Both the position numbers and the translations under genes were made by a program. 64,000 nucleotides of DNA from Sedimentisphaerales bacterium (GTDB lineage Bacteria; Planctomycetota; Phycisphaerae; Sedimentisphaerales; Anaerobacaceae), in contig OY970194.1 of NCBI GenBank assembly GCA_963708075.1, positions 1,504,001-1,568,000 on the forward strand, in the 5' to 3' direction. Below, one piece after another: positions 63,102-64,000 of this stretch (position 1 is the stretch's first letter; each line of letters opens with the position of its first letter). Below the pieces are notes generated by a model. That model saw only the letters and a list, made by a program, of their open reading frames with translations. It made no database searches and was not told the DNA's origin.

Positions 63102-63298
63102 ATACAGTTCCATCAATCAGGTAGTCAAACTGGCCACGAACACCCACGGCAGGCCACCTGGGCATCATAATACCGGTGTTGCGCCGGAGATTCAAGCGCT
63201 GTCGCCCCGGACACCGGGATTTCCGGAAAAGACTCGGGGCGCCGTGCAAGGGTTTGCCCGGCGCCCCGAAGAGATACACGCTGACAGATGCGATGGCG

Positions 63299-64000
63299 TT
63301 ATGGCTCTTGAGGAGCTTCCACCGCAGCGGCCGAATCGCCCCTCGTGTCCGTCCACCGCATGAAGATGGCATCTTCACCGTCGACGATCACGGCTGGATC
63401 GGTCTGATCGGAATCATCGGATGTTACTGCGGTAACTTCAGCAGTCGTGAACGCATCGGTCGATGTGGCCATGTACACGTCCTGGTTGTCCGCCCGATCA
63501 TCCTGCCAGAGGACAGCGACGAGACCGTTCGGCTGCCGGCTGGCGGCGATGGCGGGATTCACCTGGTTGTCATTGGCATCGACGATCGCCTTCGGCGACG
63601 ACCACGCCTTGCCATCGAGCGAAACCGACGTACACACGTCCCAGTTGCCACGCGTGCTCTCCTGCCAGACGACATAGAGAACGCCTGCACCATCCACGGC
63701 GATGGCGGGATTGCAGTGATCGCCTTCGCCGTCGGTCACCTGGAACGTATCCTCGGCCGTTTCTACGCCCTCAGAAGTGCGAGAGACGTAGATCTGCCGC
63801 TGTCCGGCATCGCCCGCCTGCCAGGCGGACCAGGTGTTGCCTGTGCCGTCGCGTACGATGGCGGGCCTGCGCTGATCGAGATTGCTCTGATCCAGGATGG
63901 CCTCATCGGACACGCTGTTTTGATCCTCGCCGGCCGGCTCCGGAGCAATGCTCTGCATGGGAGCGGGCACCGAGGCCGCGGTATCGAACAGGTACGTCTG
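63299..64000 (-). CDS. C-terminal part of a protein with BNR/beta-propeller-like repeats (truncated at window edge)
   Basis: Repeated PAI(A/V)...xxWQ(E/D)...(W/Q)D(V/I)Y units; SLDGKAWS Asp-box-like motif. Confidence 0.75.
   Translation of the reverse strand, partial: QTYLFDTAASVPAPMQSIAPEPAGEDQNSVSDEAILDQSNLDQRRPAIVRDGTGNTWSAWQAGDAGQRQIYVSRTSEGVETAEDTFQVTDGEGDHCNPAIAVDGAGVLYVVWQESTRGNWDVCTSVSLDGKAWSSPKAIVDANDNQVNPAIAASRQPNGLVAVLWQDDRADNQDVYMATSTDAFTTAEVTAVTSDDSDQTDPAVIVDGEDAIFMRWTDTRGDSAAAVEAPQEP

Overview
GC-rich bacterial chromosomal segment. The gene content (GLUG-motif protein, VPLPGA-type PEP-CTERM protein, PilX-like protein, many intergenic short-repeat families) suggests a planctomycete, probably Phycisphaerae; this is inference, not a database result. 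Housekeeping genes: priA, tRNA-Pro(CGG), uvrB, nadC, birA, lpdA-lipB-lipA, carB, lon. Other genes: a TRAP transporter, an HtrA-type protease, an MBOAT acyltransferase pair, pectate lyase, GH29 fucosidase, a MacAB-like exporter and an intact ISAs1 element. The main candidate new system is a translationally coupled operon at 26488-32155 (TIR-SIR2 fusion, nSTAND-type NTPase without sensor repeats, HEAT-like multi-TM membrane protein) inside a ~7 kb block bracketed by diverged ~130 bp direct repeats. Seven independent +1 frameshifts all fall at GAGAACC/GGTTCTC (GAGACC plus one base), which points to a host DNA-modification motif causing systematic sequencing error. Also present: a stand-alone HEPN (RxxxxH) gene, an ORF whose tail is built from a DNA motif read in two frames, REPIN-like elements and several gene relics.
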